This document shows, one piece after another, positions 10,279 through 20,797 of a stretch of DNA of 64,000 nt; the first letter of the stretch is position 1; each line of letters begins with the position of its first letter. The position numbers and the translations under genes were made by a program. Source of the stretch: Faecalimonas sp. (GTDB lineage: Bacteria > Bacillota > Clostridia > Lachnospirales > Lachnospiraceae); contig JAZRCJ010000071.1 of assembly GCA_045659705.1 (NCBI GenBank), forward strand, positions 7,810 through 71,809. Direction: 5' to 3'. The notes below the pieces were generated by a model. The model did no database searches, had not been told where the DNA came from, and saw nothing but the letters and a program-made list of their open reading frames with translations.

Positions 10279-10896
10279 ATGTGGAATTATGAAAAACGTT
10301 TGCAATATCCTGTAAAAATTTCTCGCACCAACCCGAAACTGGCCCAAGTAATTATGAGTCAGTTTGGCGGACCTGACGGCGAGCTCGCTGCTTCTATGCG
10401 TTACTTGTCCCAACGGTACACCATGCCATACAAGGAAGTAACCGGAATCCTTACGGACATCGGCACGGAAGAACTTGCCCACATGGAAATCGTTTCTTCC
10501 ATCATCTATCAGCTGACAAAGGATTTAACGCCAGCCGAAATCGAAGCTTCCGGCTTTGACAAATACTACGTCGACCATACCTTAGGTTTGTGGCCACAGG
10601 CAGCCGGCGGTGTTCCTTTCACCTCCACCTTCTTCCAATCTAAAGGAGATCCTATCACAGATCTTCATGAAGATATGGCTGCAGAGCAAAAGGCGCGCAC
10701 CACATACGACAACATTTTGCGTCTTGTCAAAGACCCGGAAGTCGCTGACCCTATCCGCTTCTTAAGACAGCGTGAAATCAATCACTTCCAACGCTTTGGC
10801 GAAAGCCTTCGTATCGTCCAAGATCACTTGGATAGCAAAAACTTCTATGCATTCAACCCGGAATTTGATTTTCCACCAAAGAAAAACTGTAATTAA
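10279..10896 (+). CDS. cotJC: Spore coat protein CotJC (manganese catalase family)
   Basis: MWNYEKRLQYPV, GGPDGEL, TEELAHME, AAEQKAR, REINHFQRF. Confidence 0.95.
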   Translation: MWNYEKRLQYPVKISRTNPKLAQVIMSQFGGPDGELAASMRYLSQRYTMPYKEVTGILTDIGTEELAHMEIVSSIIYQLTKDLTPAEIEASGFDKYYVDHTLGLWPQAAGGVPFTSTFFQSKGDPITDLHEDMAAEQKARTTYDNILRLVKDPEVADPIRFLRQREINHFQRFGESLRIVQDHLDSKNFYAFNPEFDFPPKKNCN

Positions 10897-10902
10897 TAGA
10901 AT

Positions 10903-10921
10903 AGGGGACGTAATGTCCCCT
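10903..10921. terminator. Short hairpin between convergent cotJC and copZ
   Basis: AGGGGAC-GTAAT-GTCCCCT. Confidence 0.5.
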
Positions 10922-11117
10922 ACTCTTCTATCTCTCCTTCAAAGCCAAGATCATCCAATACTTCCAAGGCTAATTTCACGCAATGCTCGCACCCATCAAT
11001 GGTAACGGTTTTGTCTTCCAGACTCACCTCAAAATCAAGGTTTTCTTCCTCCATCAATTTTGTAATTCGCTCTACACATTTTTCGCAATGCATATCTTCT
11101 ACTTTAATTACTGTCAT
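10920..11117 (-). CDS. Heavy-metal-associated (CopZ-like) chaperone
   Basis: DMHCEKC HMA motif; directly downstream of the Cu ATPase. Confidence 0.8.
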   Translation of the reverse strand: MTVIKVEDMHCEKCVERITKLMEEENLDFEVSLEDKTVTIDGCEHCVKLALEVLDDLGFEGEIEE

Positions 11118-11136
11118 TTTTCTCTTCTCCTTATTT

Positions 11137-13362
11137 CTATAATTTTAATTTTCTCAACCGCAGCGCATTACTCACCACGCATACGGAGCTAAAGGACATG
11201 GCAAGTCCTCCGATAATTGGGCTTAAAAGCATCCCATTTATGGCATACAATGCTCCCGCCGCAAGTGGCAAGCCTAAAAGATTATAAAAGAACGCCCAAA
11301 ACAGATTCTGCTTAATATTGCGAATGGTGGCCTTACTAAGCTTAATTGTCTTATATACATCCTGTAAATCCGATTTCATCAATACCACATCAGCGGAATC
11401 CAAAGCAATGTCACTGCCGCTTCCTATTGCTACTCCCACATCTGCCTGTACCAGTGCCGGTGCATCATTGATGCCATCTCCAACCATCATTACAATCTTG
11501 CCACTTTCCTGAAGGGCTTCTATCACGGATGCCTTATCCTGTGGCAACACTTCTGCAATCACTTGGTTTACTCCCGCTTGACGTCCGATGTGTTCTGCCG
11601 CCAGCTTATTATCTCCCGTCAGCATGTATACGTCCATACCTAAATCTTTTATGTTTCCAATAGCCTTTTCGCTTGTCTCCTTGATGCTGTCTGCCACACT
11701 GATGACACCGATTACTTTTTCTTTTGTTGCAACAAACATCGGGGTCTGTCCCTTTTCCGCCATTTTAGAAACTTCTGTTTCATATGGCTCATAGGTAATT
11801 CCCTGTTCTACGCACAGTTTTCGATTACCTATAAAATAGTTCTCTCCTGCAACGGTAGCTTCCAATCCCTGACCTGGCAAACTTTGAAATTCCAGAGCCG
11901 CCTCTAATTGCAATCCTCTTTCCTGTGCCTCTTTTACAATTGCAAGGCCAAGGGGATGTTCGGATGTCTGTTCGCAGGATGCGGCAATCCGAAGCAACTC
12001 CTCCTCTGCCACATCATAACTAATCGCCTTAACAAATGCGGGTTGGCCCTTTGTAATTGTTCCCGTTTTATCTAAAACAACCACATCTGCTTTGTGTGCA
12101 ATCTCCAATGCTTCTCCACTTTTTATCAAAATGCCATTTTTCGCTCCCAATCCTGTGCCGACCATGATCGCTGTCGGCGTTGCAAGCCCCAATGCGCATG
12201 GACAGGCAATCACCAATACAGATACAAATATGGTCAAAACGAAGGCTATATCCTTTCCTAAAAGCAACCAAATAATGCTTGCAAGAACAGCGATAGCAAT
12301 TACCACAGGCACGAAATATCCTGCCACCGTATCTGCCATCTTAGAAATCGGGGCCTTTTTCCCTTGCGCATCTTCCATCATACGCACAATCTTCGCCAAT
12401 GTGGTATCGGTCCCCGTTCTCGTCACCTCTACCGTCACTGCACCTTGATAATTTACACTGCCACCGATTACTTCATCTCCAACTGTTTTGTCCACTGGAA
12501 TACTTTCGCCCGTCAGCATAGATTCATCTATGCTAGTGCTACCGGATAGAACAACACCATCCAACGGAACCCTACTCCCCGGTTTTATTAAAATCACTTC
12601 TTCTTTTTGCACTTCTTCCACAGGAAGCTCTATGTGCTTCGAATCTCGAATGACAATTGCCGTATCCGGCACTAATGCCATCAACTTTCGAATGGCTTCC
12701 GAAGTTTTATTTTTACTCCGACTTTCTGCGTATTTTCCCACCATCACAAGGGTCACCACAACAGCTGCCGACTCATAATATAGATTGTGAACCGCGGTCG
12801 CATCACCAGGAATGAAAACAGTCATCACCAAGCTATAAATAAATGCGCTTCCCGTACCGATTGCCACAAGGGAATCCATGTTGGGATTTCCGCAGAACAA
12901 ACTTTTAATCCCTACAATATAATATTTTCTTCCATTTATCAAAATAATGAGGGTCAAAAAAAGCTGCGCCAATGCAAAATTCATCGGGCTATGGTGCATA
13001 TCCAAAAATCTTGGAAGCGGCATAGGAACTGGAACCATATGCCCCATAGAAATATAAAGTAGCGGAATGGCAAGGAATACATTCATAAGCATACGACGTT
13101 TTCCCGTTCGATGTTCTTCTTGCTTTTTCTTTTCCTCGCTATCTTTTTCTGCAAAAACTTCTGCGCCAAATCCGGCTCTTTTTACTTTCGCAACAATGTC
13201 TTCTGGGCTTACTTTTTTCGCATCATAAGTAATTGTCATGATGCCGGTGGTCAAATTCACAAAACTCTCTTCCACCCCATCTATTTTTCTTGTTACACGT
13301 TCCACTGCGCTACTACAGGCAGCACACGTCATTCCCGTAATCTTATATTTTTGTGTCAGCAA
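11137..13362 (-). CDS. copA: Copper-translocating P1B-type ATPase
   Basis: GMTCAAC HMA domain, TGES, CPCALGLATP, DKTGT, HP, GDGINDAP, YN and MSFSS motifs. Confidence 0.93.
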   Translation of the reverse strand: MLTQKYKITGMTCAACSSAVERVTRKIDGVEESFVNLTTGIMTITYDAKKVSPEDIVAKVKRAGFGAEVFAEKDSEEKKKQEEHRTGKRRMLMNVFLAIPLLYISMGHMVPVPMPLPRFLDMHHSPMNFALAQLFLTLIILINGRKYYIVGIKSLFCGNPNMDSLVAIGTGSAFIYSLVMTVFIPGDATAVHNLYYESAAVVVTLVMVGKYAESRSKNKTSEAIRKLMALVPDTAIVIRDSKHIELPVEEVQKEEVILIKPGSRVPLDGVVLSGSTSIDESMLTGESIPVDKTVGDEVIGGSVNYQGAVTVEVTRTGTDTTLAKIVRMMEDAQGKKAPISKMADTVAGYFVPVVIAIAVLASIIWLLLGKDIAFVLTIFVSVLVIACPCALGLATPTAIMVGTGLGAKNGILIKSGEALEIAHKADVVVLDKTGTITKGQPAFVKAISYDVAEEELLRIAASCEQTSEHPLGLAIVKEAQERGLQLEAALEFQSLPGQGLEATVAGENYFIGNRKLCVEQGITYEPYETEVSKMAEKGQTPMFVATKEKVIGVISVADSIKETSEKAIGNIKDLGMDVYMLTGDNKLAAEHIGRQAGVNQVIAEVLPQDKASVIEALQESGKIVMMVGDGINDAPALVQADVGVAIGSGSDIALDSADVVLMKSDLQDVYKTIKLSKATIRNIKQNLFWAFFYNLLGLPLAAGALYAINGMLLSPIIGGLAMSFSSVCVVSNALRLRKLKL

Positions 13363-13387
13363 CCTCTCACCTCCTTATATACTTTAA

Positions 13388-13412
13388 AGCGATGCCCCTT
13401 ATAGGCATCGCT
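13388..13412. promoter_or_regulatory. GC-rich palindrome between glyA and copA (terminator or operator)
   Basis: AGCGATGCC-N7-GGCATCGCT with only a weak T tail. Confidence 0.4.
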
Positions 13413-13425
13413 CTATTTGTCTTTT

Positions 13426-14661
13426 CTAGCACAACGGATATTTTGCTGTCAATTCTGCAACAATTGCCTGTGCCTTTTCAATATTATCTTCGCTTTCCAT
13501 AACAAGCACAATTGCCTCTGCAATTTTGTCCATGTCTTCTTCTACCAGGCCTCTTGTTGTAACTGCCGGTGTACCAAGACGAACACCACTTGTGACAAAT
13601 GGAGAACGTGGGTCATTTGGAATAGTGTTTTTATTACATGTAATATGTGCCATATCCAAACGTTTTTCTAATTCTTTACCACTTAATTCCGTATCACTCA
13701 AATCTACCAACATCAAATGATTATCCGTACCGCCAGATACAATCTTCACGCCACGGCTCATAAGTGCTTCGCACAATGCTTTTGCGTTCTTTACTACCTG
13801 TGCTTGATATTCTTTAAATTCCGGTTGTAATGCTTCTTTAAAGGAAACTGCCTTCGCTGCAATCACATGTTCCAATGGACCGCCCTGGATTCCAGGGAAA
13901 ATAGCCTTGTTAAAATTAAATTTATCCGCCGCTTCCTGATTGCAAAGAATCATACCACCTCTTGGCCCACGAAGTGTCTTATGTGTCGTTGTTGTGACAA
14001 CATCTGCATACGGAATTGGTGATGGATGAAGCCCTGCTGCAACAAGGCCTGCAATATGTGCGATATCTACCATCAAATATGCGCCTACTTCATCTGCAAT
14101 CTCACGGAACTTCTTAAAGTCGATTGTTCTTGCATATGCACTTGCACCTGCAACAATGAGTTTTGGTTTTACTTCCAATGCAATTCTTCTAACTTCATCG
14201 TAATCGATAAATCCTTCCTCATTGACACCATAGAAGGTAACATCAAAATATTTTCCCGACATATTTACAGGTGAACCGTGCGACAAATGTCCGCCGTGGT
14301 CAAGATTCATGCCCATCACTTTGTCACCTGGATTTAAGATTGCAAAGAATACTGCCATGTTCGCCTGCGCACCAGAATGAGGCTGTACATTTGCATAATC
14401 ACAACCAAACAACTCTTTCGCTCTCTCAATAGCCAAATTTTCCACTACATCCACACACTGGCAACCGCCATAATAACGTTTTGCAGGGTATCCTTCTGCG
14501 TATTTATTTGTAAGCGGGCTTCCCATAGCTGCCATAACGGCATTGCTTACCCAGTTTTCTGAAGCAATTAATTCAATATGGGAATTCTGTCTTTTCATCT
14601 CAGACTGAATCGCCTCTGCGACTTCCGAATCTACCGATAAGATTTCTTCAAAATTATACAT
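13426..14661 (-). CDS. glyA: Serine hydroxymethyltransferase
   Basis: [34 protein letters not shown]; ATG at 14661 with GGAGG RBS. Confidence 0.98.
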   Translation of the reverse strand: MYNFEEILSVDSEVAEAIQSEMKRQNSHIELIASENWVSNAVMAAMGSPLTNKYAEGYPAKRYYGGCQCVDVVENLAIERAKELFGCDYANVQPHSGAQANMAVFFAILNPGDKVMGMNLDHGGHLSHGSPVNMSGKYFDVTFYGVNEEGFIDYDEVRRIALEVKPKLIVAGASAYARTIDFKKFREIADEVGAYLMVDIAHIAGLVAAGLHPSPIPYADVVTTTTHKTLRGPRGGMILCNQEAADKFNFNKAIFPGIQGGPLEHVIAAKAVSFKEALQPEFKEYQAQVVKNAKALCEALMSRGVKIVSGGTDNHLMLVDLSDTELSGKELEKRLDMAHITCNKNTIPNDPRSPFVTSGVRLGTPAVTTRGLVEEDMDKIAEAIVLVMESEDNIEKAQAIVAELTAKYPLC

Positions 14662-14716
14662 TTTATGTGTACCTCCCAATTCTCATACTTGTCTATAGCC
14701 TAACATATTTTTTCTA

Positions 14717-15781
14717 TTACATCAACCACTTCCGGACAATCGGAATGTAGTCCATTATTGTTGCCACCGCTAAGCAGATCACAAAGATTCCGATTGCAAA
14801 AACTGGCACCGATAATAATGGATGAAACAATACTGTGGTAATATTATAATTAATTTCCAAATGTTCCAACACGAACACATGTAACAGATATACAACCAAT
14901 GTATATTTGGAAATCTTTGTGATAACACGTTGCATTTTTTCACTCAAATTCCTTTGTGGTATACGCATAAACAATAGAAATAAAATGACTGCCTCCAAAT
15001 ATGTCGGCAACAAGAAATACCCATACAAAATACCGTAAGGTCTTCCCAATGATACAGCATACCCTTCCCCTATAATTCCAGTCACACCTACAACAAACAC
15101 AAATCCCAAAAGCAACATCCACCATTTTACTTTTGCAAACTTATCCTTGTATTTGTCTAAGGTATATCCCAAAAGGAAATAACCACTGTACTTGCTTAAT
15201 TCCCAAACAAACTGTCCCAAAAAATTATGTATCTTCTTGTCTTCTACAAATGCCAAACCTGTATTTTTCACAATGACAAATAACAAGAACAGTCCACAAA
15301 CATATTTCAAATATTTCCCATTTTCATACTTTGCCACGCACCACAAAACTGGCAACAACGTATAAATTCCAATTAACGTGGGAAGATACCACAAATGATA
15401 TTTTGCACTTAATACACTTCCCCATATCAACGGTAAAGCATTGCCTGCTAATATCTTCGTCACCCCTACTGTGTCAATTGCATAAAAAAGTGCCCACGCC
15501 AAATACACAATTAAGAATTTAAAAATATTCTTTTTAAATAGTTGCGAAATAGAAGGCAACTGTTCTCTTGCCAAAAATAGTTTGCCACTCAACATAAAAA
15601 ATAACGGCACGCAACTTCTCACTGCTGTATCATAGTAATGAAATATTTTCCATTCCAAAGAATTGACATCCGTTTCCTGCCATTGGGAACCTGAGACATG
15701 CAAAAATACCACCATAAAACAAGCAAATATTCGCAGATAATCCATATTCCATTCTCTTTTTTTCGTCTGCATATCTTTCAT
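14717..15781 (-). CDS. Acyltransferase-3 family membrane O-acyltransferase
   Basis: DYLRIFACFMVVFLH, VPLFFMLSG, YHLWYL, VYLLH; about 10 TM segments. Confidence 0.88.
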   Translation of the reverse strand: MKDMQTKKREWNMDYLRIFACFMVVFLHVSGSQWQETDVNSLEWKIFHYYDTAVRSCVPLFFMLSGKLFLAREQLPSISQLFKKNIFKFLIVYLAWALFYAIDTVGVTKILAGNALPLIWGSVLSAKYHLWYLPTLIGIYTLLPVLWCVAKYENGKYLKYVCGLFLLFVIVKNTGLAFVEDKKIHNFLGQFVWELSKYSGYFLLGYTLDKYKDKFAKVKWWMLLLGFVFVVGVTGIIGEGYAVSLGRPYGILYGYFLLPTYLEAVILFLLFMRIPQRNLSEKMQRVITKISKYTLVVYLLHVFVLEHLEINYNITTVLFHPLLSVPVFAIGIFVICLAVATIMDYIPIVRKWLM

Positions 15782-15785
15782 TCCT

Positions 15786-16829
15786 CTATTCCAATAACTC
15801 TTTCATAAATAAATTTAATGCCGTATCATTCGTAACAAATTCATGTTCGCCTTCAAACACCTCAAATGTGACTTCATGTCCTTTTGGCAACAAAGCATTC
15901 AATTTTCTATATTCTTCTACTGCATCTTTTGCCTTAAACAATGGATCTTCGCTTCCGACTGCGATATGTAATCCTCTTGGATAAATCAGCATCGCCACCT
16001 CATTATCCGTAAATTGATGTGCTGCATTCTTGATTGCCCAGTCATAATTCACAAATTTTGTTCGGTTATTGTAAATTGCACAAGAAAGATTGGTTTTTAA
16101 CCGAGGATCTACAGCTGCCGTGTATAAAGTGTAAAAGCCACCATAAGACATTCCAATCATCCCCATCTTTCCGGCATCTACATAATCTTGCATCTGGAAA
16201 TAATCCAATGCTCTAGTGAGGCAATAGATTTCAAACGAAACCATAGAGCCACCCAACTGCTTAAATGCATGATCTAATATTCGTCTCTTATTTTCATACG
16301 TGTCCTCAAAATCAGTCTCTTCATCCTCGCTTAATATATGGCAAGGTTTTCTCCACAAAAATAGTTGTGGCGCAAACACATTTACATCATGCTCTAAAAT
16401 TCTGCGGGTCATATGATTATAATTGTCCGAACCGCCTTCCCAGAAATCACTAATAAGTTCAGGAACTCCAAGAGCGCCATGCTGTGAGATAACAAGGGGA
16501 CGCTTTTTCCCATCTTCTTTCACAAACAAAATTCCATAAAACGGAACGCCTAACACATCTATCTGCATACGATAGATGGCAAGTTCTCCGTCCTTTGCTA
16601 CAAAAGTGCGCTTCGCTTCCGGCGCAGAATTATCCTTTTCTAATGTCAATGGCCACCCAAGCATTTCTTTTAATTGTTGCCTATATACGCCCGGCTTACT
16701 AAGAATGTCTTTTGATAAAGCTTTTCTTTCTTCTTCCGCTTCTTTCAGTTGTTTTTGAATAAATTCTTGCAAACTGTCATAGTATGCACGACGATACACA
16801 TTTCCTGCCATGTAATTCTCAGTGTACAT
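15786..16829 (-). CDS. Alpha/beta hydrolase (dienelactone hydrolase / carbohydrate esterase-like)
   Basis: PLVISQHG, GMSYGG nucleophile elbow, GSEDPL Asp, GEHEF His. Confidence 0.8.
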   Translation of the reverse strand: MYTENYMAGNVYRRAYYDSLQEFIQKQLKEAEEERKALSKDILSKPGVYRQQLKEMLGWPLTLEKDNSAPEAKRTFVAKDGELAIYRMQIDVLGVPFYGILFVKEDGKKRPLVISQHGALGVPELISDFWEGGSDNYNHMTRRILEHDVNVFAPQLFLWRKPCHILSEDEETDFEDTYENKRRILDHAFKQLGGSMVSFEIYCLTRALDYFQMQDYVDAGKMGMIGMSYGGFYTLYTAAVDPRLKTNLSCAIYNNRTKFVNYDWAIKNAAHQFTDNEVAMLIYPRGLHIAVGSEDPLFKAKDAVEEYRKLNALLPKGHEVTFEVFEGEHEFVTNDTALNLFMKELLE

Positions 16830-16930
16830 GATTTTGATTTCCCTTCTTGTATTTTAGGTCATTTTTCCTTTTCTATAATATCACACTTTATGAATCTATA
16901 ACAACACAAAATGAAGGTTTGGTTTTTTCT

Positions 16931-16959
16931 TTGCATTTATCACCAGGTCATTATATAAT
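16931..16959 (+). promoter_or_regulatory. Sigma-A promoter of the AraC gene
   Basis: TTGCAT-17bp-TATAAT. Confidence 0.65.
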
Positions 16960-16982
16960 GCAATAAAGAAAGGAATTTTATT

Positions 16983-17819
16983 ATGCTAGAATTGGATTAT
17001 AACGAAAAAGTCACGCACGAAATGAAATATCTGCCACTCTCTTTTTACCATGTGGATGCGAAACACGCTCGCTATCATGCGCCTTTGCATTGGCATCGTC
17101 CTTCGGAAATGGTGCGTGTCATTAGTGGAACCTTAGAGCTCTCTCTTAATGACAAAAAAATATCTCTTTCTTCCGGTGACATCATCTATATTAATCGTGA
17201 AGTTATCCACGACTATGCCCCTACAACCTGCATATACGAGGTTATAAACTTTGATATCAAAGAACTGCTTCTTCGTACTTCCCTTTGTCAGGAAGGGCTA
17301 CAAATTTTTGCAAGCAAGCACATCCTTATTAATCCATTCTGCTTATGCGAGGACCCGAAGCTCCACGCTTTAGCAGACAATTTATTCGATGTGGCCTCTG
17401 TCCAAACTGGGGAACACGATTTGCTGATTCTTGGCACTTTATTCGAATTACTTGGATCCATTTGCCTAAAGAATCAGTATACCGAGAATGTCAAAACGCA
17501 CGCGCAAATCAAGGTATTTAAACCGCTTCTTGAGTTTATTGAGCATTCTTATATGAAACCAATTACCTTATCAGAGATGGCACAAATTGCAGGTATGTCA
17601 ACCAGTCATTTTTCTGTACTATTTCGCGACTTATTTAATCAGACACCAATAGACTACTTAAATTCTTATCGTATTGAACGTGCTTGTGTTTTCCTATTAA
17701 ACTCAGATCTTCCTGTTACGGAAATCGCCTATCAATGTGGCTTTAATGATAGCGCATATTTTGTGAAGGTATTTAAAAAATATAAAAATGTTACACCGAA
17801 GAAATATCGCACGAAATAA
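16983..17819 (+). CDS. AraC family transcriptional regulator with cupin sensor domain
   Basis: PLHWH cupin motif; C-terminal double HTH ending IAYQCGFNDSAYFVKVFKK. Confidence 0.93.
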   Translation: MLELDYNEKVTHEMKYLPLSFYHVDAKHARYHAPLHWHRPSEMVRVISGTLELSLNDKKISLSSGDIIYINREVIHDYAPTTCIYEVINFDIKELLLRTSLCQEGLQIFASKHILINPFCLCEDPKLHALADNLFDVASVQTGEHDLLILGTLFELLGSICLKNQYTENVKTHAQIKVFKPLLEFIEHSYMKPITLSEMAQIAGMSTSHFSVLFRDLFNQTPIDYLNSYRIERACVFLLNSDLPVTEIAYQCGFNDSAYFVKVFKKYKNVTPKKYRTK

Positions 17820-17836
17820 ATACATAAAGCAAAAAC

Positions 17837-17871
17837 AAAGCTGACATAACATTCTGGTTATGTCAGCTTTT
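17837..17871. terminator. Bidirectional intrinsic terminator
   Basis: AAAGCTGACATAAC-N6-GTTATGTCAGCTTTT between convergent genes. Confidence 0.8.
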
Positions 17872-17883
17872 CTTAATGATACT

Positions 17884-20055
17884 TTATTTACTTAACATTT
17901 CCTCACAGTATGCAAGGTTAATCATCTTTTCTTTCAAATCCTGCAATGTATAGAAATAATGGTTGCTTGATTCGAATCCAAATCTCGAATCTTGTAGACG
18001 AAGGCGAATCGCATCCTGTACGGTATCCATCTCCTCACGGACAACGCGAAGCATTTCCGCTTTCTTTCCTTCTGTTCTTCGATTCACAAACTGAATATGA
18101 TGATATGCACTTTCATATTGGCAGCACACCGCTTGTGCCATAAAGATCATCTCATCCAACTCTGCGTGCTTTCCTTGTAATGGCACTAATTGTTCCACGC
18201 CTTCTTTCCACAATTCGCAAAGCTTACGATACTGATTTTCATAAATATCCGTTGGATAAATACCACTCCATCGTTCCGCATGATCAAACGGGTAACCTAC
18301 CATAGTAGCATTCTGACCCGTTTCTTCTAGGAAAAATGGAGCCATCGGTCCAAAGTTCTGTGGTCCAAAGTAAAGGGTATCAATGTGGAATGGATAGCAA
18401 GAAAATGCATCACTCAGTTTTTTCTGCGCCGCATCTACAGTGTCTGCAAGTTCTTCACCTAACCAGTCTACCAAGAACTCTCGCACACTGCCCTTTTCTT
18501 CCATCAGCCATGCTGCAAGTAATAAATTCGGACTTGGACTTCCTCCTAGGGTCCAACTCATTTGCAAATGATCAATACCCTGTTCTTTTAATTGTTTCAC
18601 ATGGGTTGCCACTTTATCAAATACTGGAATAAAAGGAACTACTGACATCTCCCAAGTTACATTTAACTGCACCTTGGCGCACATTTCCTTCTGGTTCTGC
18701 CTTCCAACTTTCCACAATTTCTTCGCTTTTTCACCTGGTCCACAAAGAGACATGGTGTAATCAAGAACTCTTCCTTCTACACCGCCAATGTTAAATTCCA
18801 TGGCTTCTTCACTGGTGCACTGTACCACCTGACCTTCGGTCAATAGCGGAACCACTTTGTCTGCCCAATCATCTGCCCAGCCCCATGCCCAAGCAGTTGC
18901 TCTTGCATGTGGTGCCGATTCATGTGCCCCTTTTGCCATCAAGTTATTGACTTCTGCAATCACTTCCCACGGGTTTCTATCTTTACATCTCGGGCAAATC
19001 ATTTCTCCACGGGAATAACAATTGGTCAAGTTTTCAGACATGGTGATAGTGAAAAATCCACCTAGGTCTGGAACATTTGCAAATAACTGTTTCATGCCAT
19101 TATAAAGATACTCTTGCACCTCTGGCTGGGAAGTACATATTGCATAGAAATTGCCATCCTTACTTCCTCGAAGATGCGGATATTTCTCAAAAAATGCTTC
19201 CGGCATAGACCTCGGTTCATTCAAGTACAAATAGATTCGAATGCCGAATTTCTTTGCTTTTTTCGCCAACTTATTTAGTGAGCGAATGCGAATCTCCCAT
19301 CCTTCTGAAAGAGAAGGCTCAAAAGGAAATTCCACCAGCTGGTACAATACTCCTTGCATCCAGATACCGTTAATTCCTGCTTTTGCATACTCCCAAAGAA
19401 GTCTGTCTGGATATGGATCATGCTCTTCATCAATCAATGTATCTCCATACAAAGAAAAATACGGATATACCATACGAAGCCCTGCTGATTCTGAAGTTTT
19501 AAGATTTTCTACTTCTTTCCATTCTTTCTCTGTTAATGGCCGATAAAATTCTGTAAGGAAATCAAAGGCATTATCACTTTGCCCATTTCCCTCTAAAAAG
19601 CGTTCCTTAAAAAGTTTTGCTATTTTCTTGGTCTTTTCTTCTTGTTCTTCTGTCAGTGGTTCATACTTTGCAGGCTCTAAAGCAGGTTTGAAACAGCCCA
19701 ATTTTACCCACATGAAATCGTCTTCTTTTAGGGTAAATGCCAAGGATTCTTCTGTCAGATTAAGGAGCACCAACAGTTGTTCATAAGTACACAAATGCCA
19801 GTTATCTCTAATTAACGTTAAAAATCCACGCTTATCCCACATTTCAGATACCGGTTCTTCTGGATTTAAGCCAAGGCCCTTGGCTGCTTCCCGTATATTT
19901 TCACAGGAAGTGCCAAGGGTCTTCGCGATTCTCTCTACCGGTACATATCCCCAGTTACGCCAGACAATTGCCTGCCACACTGTAGGGAAATAATCATAAT
20001 GTATTGCTTTTATATCAGATACTTCCGGTAAAACACTCATTCTTTTTTCCTCCAA
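17884..20055 (-). CDS. Uncharacterised 723-aa cytoplasmic protein with a putative glycoside-hydrolase-like TIM barrel
   Basis: AGINGIWMQG, YLYLNEP and CTSQPEVQEYL...LFANVPDLGGFFTITMSE resemble GH barrels; no signal peptide; function uncertain. Confidence 0.5.
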   Translation of the reverse strand: MEEKRMSVLPEVSDIKAIHYDYFPTVWQAIVWRNWGYVPVERIAKTLGTSCENIREAAKGLGLNPEEPVSEMWDKRGFLTLIRDNWHLCTYEQLLVLLNLTEESLAFTLKEDDFMWVKLGCFKPALEPAKYEPLTEEQEEKTKKIAKLFKERFLEGNGQSDNAFDFLTEFYRPLTEKEWKEVENLKTSESAGLRMVYPYFSLYGDTLIDEEHDPYPDRLLWEYAKAGINGIWMQGVLYQLVEFPFEPSLSEGWEIRIRSLNKLAKKAKKFGIRIYLYLNEPRSMPEAFFEKYPHLRGSKDGNFYAICTSQPEVQEYLYNGMKQLFANVPDLGGFFTITMSENLTNCYSRGEMICPRCKDRNPWEVIAEVNNLMAKGAHESAPHARATAWAWGWADDWADKVVPLLTEGQVVQCTSEEAMEFNIGGVEGRVLDYTMSLCGPGEKAKKLWKVGRQNQKEMCAKVQLNVTWEMSVVPFIPVFDKVATHVKQLKEQGIDHLQMSWTLGGSPSPNLLLAAWLMEEKGSVREFLVDWLGEELADTVDAAQKKLSDAFSCYPFHIDTLYFGPQNFGPMAPFFLEETGQNATMVGYPFDHAERWSGIYPTDIYENQYRKLCELWKEGVEQLVPLQGKHAELDEMIFMAQAVCCQYESAYHHIQFVNRRTEGKKAEMLRVVREEMDTVQDAIRLRLQDSRFGFESSNHYFYTLQDLKEKMINLAYCEEMLSK

Positions 20056-20057
20056 GA

Positions 20058-20795
20058 TTATACAATAATCTTATCTAATGTTTCTAATGCACATTGTACC
20101 ATATGTTGTCCCAATTCCATAGAAGTTTCTACCGAATTGAGTGCAAACCACTCGGTATTTTCTTTTGTTCTTTCCAAATCCACATGGTTTGGATAAAGTG
20201 CATACATCAAGCTTGATTCATATTTTCCTGCATGGTCAAAGCCACCACACTTATGCTGTGCATCTGCACTAAGAAGCGGAATAACCTTGATGTATGAAAA
20301 TGGATCATCGCCCGAACCAAGGTTTTCGTAGTAGTCAGAGTAATCATTGCTACCCCACCAACCTTTTCCTCTGGTTTCTTCCATGTATTCCATAATGACT
20401 TTCTTTGCCGCTTTATGGCAAGCAATTGTCATCGGCATAAGACCCGCTTCTTCTGTCTGGTGATGTGCCACACAGTAAATGTTTTTCACTCCGCCTGCAA
20501 CCAAAGATTTCAAAATCTGATAGATGTACTGTTCGTACACATCCACATCTACGTGAATGGTTCCACTCTCCGGTCCTGCAACGGCATAACTTGCCACTCC
20601 ATACCAGATTGGTGGACAAACTACCATTTCCTTTGTCTTTTCAAGTTCACGCATCACGCCGTTAATCACCATCGTATCAGTTCCATAACTTGCGTGTTTT
20701 GCATGATATTCAATCGTTCCGATTGGAATGATAAAAGGTACTTTTCTTTTTTTCGCATCTTCTACTTCGTCGAAGAACATATCAATTAATTGCAT
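20058..20795 (-). CDS. Creatininase / amidohydrolase family protein
   Basis: IPIGTIEYHAKH...GTD and DHAGKYESS metal-binding motifs. Confidence 0.85.
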   Translation of the reverse strand: MQLIDMFFDEVEDAKKRKVPFIIPIGTIEYHAKHASYGTDTMVINGVMRELEKTKEMVVCPPIWYGVASYAVAGPESGTIHVDVDVYEQYIYQILKSLVAGGVKNIYCVAHHQTEEAGLMPMTIACHKAAKKVIMEYMEETRGKGWWGSNDYSDYYENLGSGDDPFSYIKVIPLLSADAQHKCGGFDHAGKYESSLMYALYPNHVDLERTKENTEWFALNSVETSMELGQHMVQCALETLDKIIV

Positions 20796-20797
20796 AA

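Noticed and set aside
14662-14716. ZTP or glycine riboswitch upstream of glyA
   Set aside because: The intergenic gap is only ~55 bp and shows no aptamer motifs
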